NCBI RefSeq assembly: GCF_006345805.1
Contig: NC_043002.1
Span: forward strand, 18,600,001 to 18,664,000
DNA from: Octopus sinensis
Taxonomy: Eukaryota
DNA: 64,000 nt
Direction of reading: 5' to 3'
Each line of letters opens with the position of its first letter. Positions within the stretch are counted from its first letter, which is position 1. Below are positions 24,816 to 38,500 of the stretch, one piece after another. The translations under genes were made by a program, and so were the position numbers. The notes below the pieces were generated by a model. It made no database searches. It was not told where the DNA came from and was given only the letters and a program-made list of their open reading frames with translations.

Positions 24816-26183
24816 GCTGACGGTTTTGGTTTCGTCTAAAACTTGAAATGACGAAACGAACCAGATTTTTGATATAGTGTGCGTGCGTGCGTGTGTGTCT
24901 GTCTGTCTGTCTGTGATAAATGAACTAGGCTCAGGAAAAAATTAATGACACCTCCAAAATATATGTATACAATGTATAAAAGCAGCAAAAATAAATAATA
25001 TATAAGAATGGTGACATAGAAGTGATTGGCGGAAGGAGGGAGGGTGAACCAAAGTTATGTCCCTTCGCGTACAACACGTTATCTCAGTTAAAACGAAAGT
25101 AAACTATTCATTTTTAATATGCTTTTCTGATTTAAGGCGGCGAGCCAGCAGAATCATTACCGGGCCGCACTTAATGCTTAGCAGCAAGTTCTGAGTTCAA
25201 ATTCCGCGGGGATTGATTACACATTTCTTTCATTATGTTATCGCAGCTTTGTGAGATTTGGCTGTTATTTCTAGCATGTGAATAGAACTGTGGAGCACAG
25301 GTAGATGAAGAAGCTAACAAACTCCGCGACGTCGGGGTAATTATGGAGACACAAGAAGAGGCATGTACCCAACATGGAGTCGATCGATTTTACGAATAGT
25401 CTTGGATACATTAAATAAAGACAATATAACATTTTGAGCACCTTTTGGTGGGAAAATTTTCAAAAATGCCCAACTGTAGATTAAGTTCTTCACGTATATT
25501 TGTGCAACACTTTCCAACCACACAGTTACGAGTTCGTTCCACTGTGTGACACTTTGAGCAGGTAACTTTTGTGTTTGTTTAATGATTTAGCCAGCGTAGA
25601 AAAGGCAACACCCAAGAACTTTTATAAGACGTTAGAGACTGGCTGGAAGAAGTAAGTTATCCAACCACATATAGGGAAACTGACCAGAATATTTGCATTA
25701 GAGATGAATCCGCGCCTGAGAGCCAGGTGATTATGCTAAACTGGGATTGTTTACAACTAAATAACAAGACAGCCCTTCAACGTTTCCTGGACTTTGACTA
25801 ACCAGAAACTATAGTAAAAGAATCTTTGCCAAAGGTGCCACGCACTGGAATCGAACCTGAAATCAGGTTGTAGCGAAATAAACTTCTTAACCAAATGACA
25901 ATAGCCCAGTAAAACAGCGTTACCTATAATAAAGAAGTTAAATAGCCTATCAAACCTCCATGAAATCACATTTCAGTTCAGGTATTATATTAGATAATGT
26001 AGGTCTAGATTGACCTTAAAAATTTAAATTTAATTTAGATTAAATCAAATTAAATTAAACGGGTGTGATCACAGCTTTAGCGCATCTCACAATGAATTGG
26101 TTCGATGAGAATTGACCTGGGGTTAAATAACTGAGTTATGTATTCAAGGGAGATAACTACTAATAATTAAATTAAGATCGAAA
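24816..26183. promoter_or_regulatory. Shared (bidirectional) promoter region of MRPS22 and WDR74
   Basis: Lies between two divergent start codons. It contains an ATTGG/CCAAT box (gattggcgg, ~25023) and a YY1-like AAAATGGC over the WDR74 ATG. TSSs were not determined. Confidence 0.65.
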
Positions 26184-26238
26184 ATGGCTGAACCCGTTTA
26201 CAGCATATTTGTTGGGGCAGAAATTGGCTTATTAAAGG
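26184..26238 (+). CDS. WDR74: WDR74 exon 1
   Basis: MAEPVYSIFVGAEIGLLK(G); donor G|GTAAGC; phase 1. Confidence 0.92.
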
Positions 26239-29200
26239 GTAAGCAGTTTTATTTATGATATAACTACAGTTTGGTGTTTCCCTCCGAATTTATTTAATAA
26301 TACCTTTGTAGTTTATTTCGTTCTTCGAATTTGATAATTGGTATGAAAGAACGTGTTTATTTGTCAACACGCTGACAATAAATATCTTATTACAACTCAG
26401 TTTTTTAATTAATAAAATACCCATCGTTATTAATTAACACTCTGGCAATGAGTATATTATTCGTCACGTGTAGTTTTATTTTAATTCATAAAGTAATATA
26501 AAAGTCTGAACTAAATTCTTTCGTTTCTTTAATTTTCCACTTTCATTAAAATTCTTGAATTGGTTTTATTAATTGTTAATTATCAACTTATTCGCTTATT
26601 GCGTTTTTTTAGAGTGGTAAATGAAGAGAGAGAATGGCATCTTGTAATGTACATTAATTTTTCAAGAATATTGTCAACATTATGGAAGTTCCTTCATACT
26701 TCGACAGTCGCGAATTAAAGACAGCCATTCTGTGAACATTAAAAGTCAATTATAAAAGCGCGGTATATTTAATTAGCAAATTAATTCGAGTTCTTAAATT
26801 ATCCAGAAGAAATTTTGGTGTTCTTTGATTCTATAAAGGTTCCACTCCTTAATTAAGTGAAGTTCTAAAACTCGAAAATATCAAAACAACACGTTGGATA
26901 TCCTAAAACTTTTCGTACCACGTGTTCGTGATTACACCACGTTTTATACGATTCTAGTACTCTAGAGATTTCTTTTAAGATTTTACAAATTTTGAATTGC
27001 GCTGATTAGCAAACTTCGCCTTGTTGTTCCTCTGGTCAGAAGCGTAATAAAACGATATTGCTTCCACTAATTCAAAAATACATCAAACTGGTTCGGTTAT
27101 CTACAGTGATTCTTGGGCAGCTTACGAAAATAAGCACTGGGAAAGCAAAAAGAAAATTTGGATCTTTTCGGTTTGAACGGCAGTTTTTAGCGTAATTTCT
27201 AGGTAACTAAAACATTTTCAACTTCGTATACTGGTAGAATGTGTTTATAAAACATCTTTTTCTCTTGGCTTTATTGAGAAAATTCTATAGTTTGTGAGAT
27301 ATTTGTGGTTTTTCTTCAATTTCTGCAATTTCAACCAATCGATGACGTCCATTGAGGTAAACAACATTCTGTGCCGTATGAATATGTTCCTCGTTTAAGA
27401 AACAGATTGGGTTTGCTCTTTTCAGTCATTTGACTGCGGCCATGCTGGAGCACCGCCTTTAGTCGAGCAAATCGACCCCGGGACTTATTCTTTGTAAGCC
27501 CAGTACTTATTCTATCGGTCTCTTTTTGCCGAACCGCTAAGTAACGGGGGCGTAAACACACCAGCATCGGTTGTCAAGCAATGCTAGGGGGACAAACACA
27601 CACATATACATATATACGACAGGCTTCTTTCAGTTTCCGTCTACCAAATCCACTCACAAGGCTTTGGTCGGCCCGAGGCTATAGTAGAAGACACTTGCCC
27701 AAGGTGCTACGCAGTGGGACTGAACCCGGAACTATGCGGTTGGTAAACAAGCTACTTACCACACAGCCACTCCTGCGATTTATTTACATTTGTGAAGAAA
27801 AAAAGATACCCTAACCCTAAAACAGATTGAAATGCAATAGATCGATACTAGTGTCATAATTATGGGTGACAATTTCATATGACACCGCTAGAAAAAAACT
27901 GTCGTTCAAACCGAAAAGATCCGAAAATTTTGTTGACACGACACATACACACACAAAACCTCCAACGTTTTTGGCGAGATTTAAAAGAAAGGGTGAAAAG
28001 GCTGGGTATTCGTTCAAACTACACCACTACCTGACCAGGTATTTATCTCTGCTGCATCGGTTTTTCTATTGAGGCACCCCTCCCGGATTGCCAGTAAAAG
28101 ATCGATTCCAGCACATCCGGACACAGAAGATATACAGGACTGCCCTTGGTTCCGCCCCACCCCACCGTTTTTCAAGGACAAAATGCAGTTCCCACATTTT
28201 ATGAGGTCAGTTAAGACAATTGCAACAAAAAAAAAAACGCAGGAGATGGGATCGGAAGGATAAATTCCCAAGATTCCTCCCCATCCCTCCGTTTTCCGAG
28301 GCAAAAATGCATTTCTGACATCTTACGTGGTTAACTACAACGATTGCACCAAAAACAAAAAAAAAAACAGGGAGAAAAAAATCTAAGTACTGAAATCGAG
28401 TGTGGTGTGAAACTAGAAATTTACCAAATTTTTAGACGGGTGTAAATTTTGATCAGCCAACTTTAGGAATAGCTATCACTACCTCTTAAAGAAGGAAAAA
28501 GCAAGGAGTTAGGTTGTTACACTTTGTATTATTTGCTCCCTATTTCCGTGCCCTTTTCTGGTAAGTATTTACTATTACACCTGTCTCATGAGATGGGTGT
28601 AATAGTAAAAAATTACTGACGAAAATCTCGAGTATTTGAATGGTGCATTACATTTCAACCGGGGTGTAGATATCTAGTGTTTGAATATGTTACCTAGGTG
28701 GAACTGGGATGCTGGTTGACAAAAATCATCATTTCAAATGAAGGGAAATGATCAAAGTAGCTTTTTACTCACTCTAAGGACTCAGAAGATGGAACATTCA
28801 TCCAGTTAAATCACAATGACACTGTAGTCATTTGGTTTTTGTGATAGTAATTATTTTAGATTTTTCATTACCATATTTCTACTGAAATAAACTGCCTTTG
28901 TTTCATTTAATTAATAACTACTTAGTTGCTACAGAGATGTACTTACATAGCAAGTGACTTGATCTGAGATTGTGTGCTGAAACAAAAACAATTGCAGCAT
29001 GGAAGGTGTTTATAAGCCATTTAAAAACACAAAAACTGTTAGATTCACTTCAACATTTAAATTTAATTTGTCAAAATATTTTCGTTGCTTTGAAACTGAC
29101 CTATTCACTGACAAAATTCCGTGTTGCGTCTGAAGTGAATCTAACTTAATTGTTAATAAACTGGTATTTAGGACATAAATTTTGATGGAGAACTTTTATT

Positions 29201-29536
29201 TAGATGACTTTAAAACCAGGAGTTTGGATCATAGAACCAACAGCAGTATCAGACAATTGGAGATGTGCTATCAAATACTCCCAATATTCTATGACTAGAC
29301 AAATGGTGAAGAAAATATCCATCCATTCATCATGGAGGAAGTTGCTGAAGATTATATGCAAGAATGGTTAAGTAGGAGTGGCTGTGTGGTTAGTAGCTTG
29401 CTTACCACCCACATGGTTCAGGGTTCAGTCCCACTGCATGGCACCTTGGGCAAGTGTCTTCTACTATAGCCTCGGCCGACCAAAGCCTTGTGAGGGGATT
29501 TGGTAGACAGAAACTGAAAGAAGCCTGTCGTATATA

Positions 29537-29587
<51 letters not shown>

Positions 29588-32500
29588 TTGTGTTTGTCCC
29601 TGTAACTCAGCGGTTTGGCAAAAGACACCAATAGAATAAGTACTAGGTTTACAAAGAATAAGTCCTGGAGTCGATTTGCTCAACTAAAGGCAGTGCTCCA
29701 GCATGGCCGCAGTCAGATGACTGAAACAAGTAAAAGAGTATTGAGAGAGTTTGTCCTAAGTTGTCCTAGGCTTGGATGAAAGAAAGCTGTGGTTTTTATT
29801 AGAAGACTTTTTGAGTGAAGGTTTTTGACATGTTATGTTAGTTAGTTAGTTAGTTAGTTAATTTGGCTCAAAAGCAAATAGCAAGGCCATGTAGGGGGAC
29901 ATGGAGTTAGGTACAGGGTGGTGTTCATGTAAAGAGTTCAGGCCACTTGAGGTCAAGGGAGGCTTTGAACAAAGCGGTCGTCGGCATCTTCACCATCTCG
30001 TCTGGCAGCTTGTTCCACGGATCCGCAACCCGGACGGAGAAAGCTCCTCTCCTTCGATTGAGATGAAATCGTCGCAGGTAGAGCTTTTCGGAATGACCCT
30101 GCAGCCAACGCTCTGGAGCAGGAGTGAAGAACAGCTCTTTCGAGAGGTTACACTTTCCGCTTATGATGTTGTGGGCGAGAATGAGATCACCACGGCGGCG
30201 GCGTTTTTCAAGAGAATAATGGTCGAGCGTCCTCAGCCTTTCTTCGTAGGACAAACTTTTGAGACCATGAACCATGCGGGTAGCCAGCTTCTGGACTCTT
30301 TCAAGATGCTGTATGTCTTTGAAGAGATAAGGAGAAGAGGCTTCAATCCCATACTCCAATATGGGTCTCACCAGCGTGACATAGAGTGGTAGGAATATGG
30401 CTGCTGTGAGCATTCCGAATGACCGTCGAATCAAGAACAGAATTCCGCGTGCTTTGTTGGCAGCATGGACACACTGGGCCGAAGGCGAAAAGGAGGAATC
30501 CACCAAGATACCTAGGTCCTTCACCTGATCGGTCCTCTCCAGCAGCAGACGACCCGGCTCGAAATCAAGTTGAGTTGCAGGAGTAGAGCCGACAGGCAGA
30601 TGACAGCACTTTGACACGTTCAGACACAGGTCCCAATTGTTAGACCACTTCCAAATTTGGTGGAGGCATCGACGAAGATCCTCTATATTACCGCGAGGAG
30701 CGACCAGTTTGATATCGTCGGCAAATAGAAGGGTGTGTTGCGTGAGGTCGTCGGGCAAGTCATTTATGAAGACTAAGAACAACAAGGGCCCAAGCACTGA
30801 ACCTTGAGGCATGCCACTGCTCGCACTGGAGACGTCGGACCGCGAACCATTAACTTGGACTTGGAAGGAGCGATCTGAGAGGAAGGCACCAACCCATCGT
30901 ACAATATCCGGATGGAAACTATATGCTTGAAGCTTGACAAGCAATAGGCGGTGGTTTACCGAGTCAAAAGCTTTGGCAAAGTCCAGTAAAACGATGTCAA
31001 CAGCATCACTATCATCGAGGATGCGCGTCACCAATTCTTCCATTACTAGTAGGTTGGTCAAGCATGATCTCTTCGGCACGAAGCCGTGTTGGGAATCAGA
31101 GATAGAGGCTATGTTTAGGAGGTGGAGCATCATACTTTTCTTAAGGATGGTTTCGAACATCTTGCTGATAATTGATGTAAGGGAAACCGGTCGGTAGTTA
31201 AGCGGGTCTTCGCGGCTCCCTTTCTTGAAAATTGGGCAGATTATCGCTGTTCTCCAGTCTGCAGGTATAACACCCGTCGCCAATGACATATTGAATAGTC
31301 GTGTTAAGGGCTCGCAGATGACCGGAGCCAACGCTTTGATAACCCGTGGGTGTATGCCGTCAGGGCGTGACCTTTGTTGACATCGAGGCCTTGAATAACA
31401 CGTTTGACTTCGTCCCGCGTGATGACCAATCGAAGCATTGGAGGTACCGATCTATCAAATGGAGGGGGTTCACGACCATCATCTTGTTTGAAAATAGTTG
31501 AAAAAGCCTCGGCAAATAATTAACTCTGTTGATAAGGGTCCTCAATCGATACGGCTGTTGAGTCTACCAACGTTGCAATCTGGTTGTTCAAGCGGGAATT
31601 CCGCTGGACATGGGCAAAGAAGGTTTTTGGATTGCTACTGGCATTTGCAGCAATTTTGTATTCGTAACTGAAGCGTTCTTTCTTTTCAATTTTCACGGCT
31701 CAGTCTCGTTGAGTTTTGTACACCTCAAAAGCTGCAGTCGAATCCAGATTTTTGAATTCAGCCCAAGCAATATCTCTGAGTCGACGTTCTCGTTTAACCC
31801 TCTTCGTCACCCAGGGCTTGTGTTTCTTCCTCTTGGGAAGCCCAACGGGAACTGCCTGGTCAGTCAAACAGATTACATATGCTTTGAGGGATGACCATAG
31901 TTCGTCAACTGAGGACAACGTCATCAGGGATCGCCAGTCCAGAAGCGCGGAAGCCTCGGTTAGAATTTCAAGATTATTTTGTAATATACAGCAGTTGACC
32001 TCAAATCTTGTGAATTTTTGGTCAAGTCAAAGCACTGTTGTGTGTTGCTTGTTTCTTCAATGGTTCCAAGCCTCAGTAAAATGTTTTTTGTACACAAACA
32101 TGGACACTTTCTTTCTTTTTGTTATTTATATTTGCTGATTTTTCATTTTGTTAATTTTCAGGTGCAAACTGCGAAGAGCGGGCATGGGGGAACTTAAATG
32201 AGCTTAATGAGGTGAAGAGGGAGAATGAAATTACCTGCATGTGTTGGCTTAATCGTAAACAGACTAAAGTAAGTGTTACTGTTTAACATTTATTAAATAC
32301 GCATGTGTGTATTATTCATGTATTCAAAATTACTGTAAACATTAAATGAATTTATTATTTTCCTTATTATTGACCCCAAAAGGATGAAAGGCGAAGTCAA
32401 TTCCACAGAGGTAGGCTTTGGCTTTCATCCTTTCGGGGATTCAGTACCAGTGAAACACTAGGATCAGTGTAATCAACTAGTCCCCTCTCCCAAAATTTCA

Positions 32501-35500
32501 GGCCTTGTGCCTTTAGTAGAAAGATTTGGTCGATGCCAGCGCCGCCTTGACTGGTTTCCGTGCCAGTGGCACATAAAAGGCACCAACCGACCGTGGCCAT
32601 TGCCAGCCTCCTCTGGCACCTGTGCTGGTGACATGTAAAAAGCACCCACTACACTCACGGAGTGGTTGGTGTTAGGAAGGGCATCCAGCTGTAGACACAC
32701 TGCCAGATCAGACTGGAGCCTGATGCAGCCTCCTGGCTTCCTAGACCCCAGATGAACTGTCCAACCCATGGAAAACGGACGTTAAACGATGATGATGATT
32801 ATTGACTATTCAAATATTGTTTAACTCGTTTCTGTTGATATACACTGCTTTTGTCTCACTTCATTTTGAAAATATTGAAGAATTTTTTTTAAAAATAGCT
32901 TTGTCATTATTAAGTTGATGTTAGGAACAAAATATGAAATATTGATGGACAGTTTTAATTTCAGTTACTTTTAAACTCATCATCATTTCTTTTTACCTTT
33001 ATTTTTACCACCCTGGCATTGATTGAATTGGTTTTCTGGGGCAATATTTGATGGCCTCATGCTCTTCCTATCAATAACCTTTCAGTTGCCTCTTACAACA
33101 TGCAGACACCAATATATTAGTTACAATTTTGAAACCTTTGAGATGTCATTTTCTTAATTTTTTTTTAAGCTGTATACCAAAAGGTGAAATTCATTATCAT
33201 TTAATATCCATCTTCCGTGCTGGCATGGGTTGAAAAATAAGGAGATGAAGTAAAGTGTTGGAAGCAGAGAAGATTCACATTCACAAGACAGGTCAACGAC
33301 ACATAGATGGGAATATAGCATGTGACAAAAAGGGTGGGAGGTGGCATTAAATAACTGATTATTTATTCTCTAAGTAATTTTATATTTCTACATTCTAACT
33401 TTTTGTTTTCAACGATGCATGATCTCAAATATTTACTTACTGATTCTTTCACTGTCACTTGAAAGTTATTCATCACTGACGAGGTCATAATATAAACAAA
33501 CATGTCCAGAGTTGTCTCCCAATATTTACCAGCACAATAAAAATAAAACTGATCATTGACCAATATTACGTTTTTCCTTAGCACATTTCGTTTTTAGTTG
33601 TTCTTTTTAATGCTCTCTGAAATAAATATTGTAACACTAGCTTCACTATTAAATAGTTACTTTGGTGTTTACTGTGAAATCACTGGTAATGCTTCATTTC
33701 TCCCTCTTCCCAGTTCTATTATGGACAACAGAACAACATTATAACAACTTTTGATGTAGAAGCTAGTAAAATATCTCGGCAAGTCAAGATGAATATTGGA
33801 GAGGGAAAATTTAAAAATATACATCCATACCAAAAGTAAGTAAAAAATAATAATGCAAGTAACTTTTATGGTATGTTTGGTTCACCATTGTTGTTATTCA
33901 TGACATTTTATTTTCTTACCCCCTCCCCCCTTCTTTCTTGTGGCTTTATATAAAAGGGAGAGATCAATAAACTTATAACTATTTGAGGATCTTTTCGGTT
34001 TGAACAGCAGTTTTTAACATAATTTCTAGGTAACTAAAAAATGTTAAACTTCGTATACTGGTAGAATGTGTTTATAAAACATCTTTTTCTCTTGGCTTTA
34101 TTGAGAAAATTCTATAGTTTGTAAGATATTTGTTGTTTTTTTTCTTCAATTTCTGCAATTTCAACCAATCACTGACGTCTATTGAGGTAAAAAACATTCT
34201 ATGCTGTATGAATATGTCCCTCGTTTAAGAAACAGATTGGGTTTATTTGCATTTGTGAAGAAAAAAAGATACCCTTCCCCCTAACCCTAAAACAGATTGA
34301 AATGCAATAGATCGATACTAGGGTCATAATTATGGGTGACAATTTCATATGACACCGCTAGAAAAAACTGCCGTTCAAACCGAAAAGATCCTTATTTGAT
34401 TTGTTCTCCCAATAACTCTCTCAATATTGATATTTATGCACAGTGAGAAAAAGGTGATAAAATGTTGTAGTAAGACTATGGCTGCCATAAAAGGCCTCTT
34501 TCTATTCATGCATAGGCTTGCAGTACATCAAACCAACCTGATTTTGTATTATGCTACCTGTTCACTGGCAGCTAATGTTATCAAGTTTGTCTTAACTGTT
34601 TGTTTCCAGGTGTTCTTTCATGAATGCTTTGAGTACAGAAACCAGGATGTGTTAATCTTTTTGACTTTGTCATGCATTGGAGGCTAAATTAAAATGACTG
34701 ATACACTTTGCTTAGAAAGTTTTTTAAAAAAATGACTCTTCCACAGTGAAATAGTTTGAAAAATATAGAAAACTATTACTTATTTTGTTATATTAACCCA
34801 TTAGCATTCATATTACTCTATCAAATGTAACACATATATTTACATTGCTTTGAAGTTTTCCTGCATTATCATGTAGCCTTGAAATTTTGATTATGTGGTT
34901 GTACTATTTTAGACTAACATTGTAGGGTAGGTGTGAGAGGTTGAATCTGCCTAGTTTAAGTATATAACAGAGATACTATTTTGGCCAGATATGGCCTGTT
35001 GAAATGCTAAAGGTTTAATCATTCTATGTATGATTACTTTGAATTACAAAATTATCAATGTTCTTTAAGACAATCAAGCATTAGTATGGAATGTTTTAAA
35101 GCTTAAAATTATATTTCAAAATGTTTTTAAATACACCTGACATAAACTTCAATGCATTTTTCTTAATTATCAATCTGTCATTGTGTGTCACTACTTCCCA
35201 GTATCAAACTATTTACTTCAACAGTTATTTTGCTTATAAATTTTTGATTTTATCTTCTCTCTTTGTAGAAAAATTTTAACAGCGGTAAGCAGTGGTGATA
35301 TTAAGTTATGGACCAAAAAAGGAAAAAATGTGGTGAGTACGAAAAGTTTTATTTTATTTAGGTAACAGGCTAATATTTTCATCGAATAACTGGGTTATTT
35401 GTTAGTTTTTTTCTCATTTGTTTATCATCGTCAGTTTACTTTTCCATGCTTGCATGGGTTGGACAGAATTCATTGAAACAGATTTCTGTGAACAGATGCC

Positions 35501-38500
35501 CTTCCTGTTGCCAACCCTCGTGTATTCTTTTATTCTTTTCAGTCATTTGACTGTAGCCATGCTGGAGCACTGCCTTTCAGCAAACAAATCGACCCCACGG
35601 CTTATTCTTTGTAAGCTTAGTACTTATTTTATTGGTCTCTTTTGCCAAACTGCTAAGTTACAGAGACATAAACACACCAACATCAGTTGTCAAGCGATGG
35701 TGGGGGACAATCACAGATGCACAAACATATACGTATATATACAACAGGCTTCTTTTAGTTTCCGTCTACCAAATCCACTCACAAGGCTTTGATCGGCTTG
35801 AAGCTGAAGTAGAAGAAACTTGCCCATGGTGCCACACATTGGGACTGAACCCGGAACCATGTGATCATTAAGCAAGCTACTTACCACACAGCCACTCCTG
35901 TGCCTATATATTATATATGGCTGTATGGTTAAAAAACTTGCTTCCTGGCCACATGGGTTTCAGTTCAGTCTCATTGTGTGACACTTTGGGTGTTTCTATT
36001 CTAGCATTCGGCCAACCGATGCCTTGTGAGTGGATTTGATAGACTGAAGCTGTGTGGAAGCCTATCGTATTAACATCATTTACTGTCTGTTTTTCATGCT
36101 TGCATGAGTTGGCTAGTTCAACATGATCCAGCAAGCAGCTGGGCTACATTAACCCTTTCGCTACCAACCCAGACTCTGAGTACAAATGTCTTGTTTTCAT
36201 AAGTTTTAAATTAAAATCTTCCACCAAACCATAGTCAAAATTTATGTTCCTAACACTAACTAAATGATAACTAAGTTATTTTACTAAATTCTTTGTTATT
36301 TATAAGATTAATTGAAAGATACACAGAGTATCTCAAAATAAATACAGTAATGAAAGGGTTAAGCTTCGTTGTAAACTTCAGCATGGTTTTTCTGGCTGGA
36401 CACTGTTTCTAACACTAACAACCTTGCAGTGTGTACATTTTTTTTTTGTTTTTTTGGCGTTTTTTATGTACCAGAAACACTATTGAGGTTGCTATGTAAC
36501 TTGCAGCTCAGGAAAAAAACAAGAAAAGGAAAATGTCCTCTTGGTTAAATGGTGTGGGGAGATGGCTTTATGCCACATGTTGGGATATTGATGTATGATA
36601 GAGGAAGAAACAAAAGTGTCTTGCTATAGAGAAGATACATGGCTACTCTGCATTATATGAGTGATAGGGAGTAGCTAGAAGGATATTAAGATGGTAATGA
36701 TGGGGTGCGAGGAGAAATCCTCAAGGAACAAGGTGAACATCAGATGGAATACAGACAGTGGATCAGGAGTTGGAAGGAGGGGGTGAAGGGTTATAAGAGT
36801 GAGAGGAGAGTAACAGCTGATCAGAAATGAAGGTAGAGGTGGACGTAGTGGGTGGTGAACAGAGGTGGAGGTGCAGCTTGATGGGAAATACCCATATGAT
36901 CAGGACATGTGTGTCTTTCTCTTTATTTGTCCCCTCCTCCATTGAACAACCAGTGTTGGTTTGTTTACATCCCCATAACCAAAAAGAGACTAATAAAATA
37001 AATACTGGGGTCGATTTGTTTAACTAAACCCTTCAAGGCGTGCTGCCCCAGCATGTCTAGTAGAGCTGGCTTTATCCTTCATCTTTCTGTGATTATTTAA
37101 ATAAATTTAACGTGACTGTCCCGTAAGGGAATTACACCACTGCTATTTAGCCCTAAGAAGCATCGATGCTTCCTGTCGACTTTGACACATTTCCTGTGTC
37201 CTTATATATTTACGATGGGGAGACAAACACCCCCAACAGCTAGGCATGCATCTAGAGACATGCATATATAAGGACACAGGAAATGTGTCGAGGCCGACAG
37301 GAAGCGTCGATGCTTCCTAGGGCTAAATAGCGGTGGTGTAATTAACTTATGGGACTGTCACGTTAAGTTGACAGTATACAACCACTCTATCGCTCCACCA
37401 CCGCTCTTGTCTCTATGAGATATTTAGAAATTTAATATTTCTGATTTTAAATAAATTTGATTTTGTTTATTCTTCTGATACCTTTGTTTGCTTATCAAAT
37501 GAAATCTCTCTCTCTCTCTCCCTCTCTGGATTTAAAGGTAAATTCTCTGTATTAATTTTCTTAAACAGTTAAAAATGTCTGGAGGCGTTGACTTAGCTTG
37601 TGTGCAACAGGATCCAGTACAAACACATTTAATTGCCAGTGGAGGCAACGAGAACCCTTTGAAATTATGGGACATTAATTCTCCTACAAGTCCTATCTTT
37701 GTATCAAAAAATGTAAGTAGCTACTTCATAATTATTATTATTAATATTATTATCATTGTCGTCATTATTGTTGTTGTTGTCATCGGCAATGGTGGTGGGC
37801 TGGCAGAAACGTTAGCGTGCCAGGCAAGATACTATCCATATCTACTATATTGTTTTAAAAATAAATAAAATAGTCACATAATCAGAATCTTAAAGCTTCG
37901 AGATAATTCCTGTTTCATTTAAAGCAATGACAGAGTAATCTGAATGCTAAAGGGCTAAACCTGTGAAGAAAGCAATGAACATGTTTCAGTTTTATTAGAT
38001 CTCTTCAGTATATAAGCTTCTAGTGTTCATCAGTTGAATTTCCTTCACAAGCCTATTGTGGAAGGTATTGGTTCAAAGTGTTAGGCAGTCATCATCATCA
38101 TCCACAATTTTGAATTTGGGTTTTGTCCCTGTTAACAGGGGTGGCCAGATCTACCTCAATGCCATAGCAACCACCCTCATACCATCTCAGCATCTTGCCT
38201 GATTCTGGGTGTCCTTCCTTCTCAACCAACCTTCCCAATCTCTTCCCTCACCTGTCCCCTTCACATCTTCCTCAGTCTAACTCGCTTTCGCTGTACATTT
38301 ACCTCAGACCCTAGCACCCTCTTCAGAACATGCTCCTCATCCTTCCTCAACACATACCCATACCACCGCACTCCAACCACCCTTGCCAGCCATTCCACTG
38401 ATTCCTCCAACCCCAGCATCACCTTCAAGTCCTCAGTCCTCCTCTTATCAAACAGCCGCACACCACACATTTCTCTCACCATTGCTCTCTCAGTCCTTCT

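Larger units (their letters stand above)
23735..25587. repeat. Locus-specific inverted duplication (~135-bp arms: 23735-23875 and 25443-25587)
   Basis: About 90% identity in the core by eye, including the SINE-to-unique-sequence junction. Confidence 0.9.

Noticed and set aside
24816-26183. U2 snRNA gene, as found at the human WDR74 promoter
   Set aside because: I saw no U2 5' signature (ATCGCTTCTCGGCCTTTTGGCTAAGATCA) on either strand.
29901-31197. Plus-strand ORFs of 163 aa and 87 aa
   Set aside because: Antisense shadows of the CR1 RT frame.
37981-38010. Minus-strand CTGAAGA...GAAAC as a hammerhead
   Set aside because: Stem II cannot form more than ~2 bp; at most an unprovable relic.
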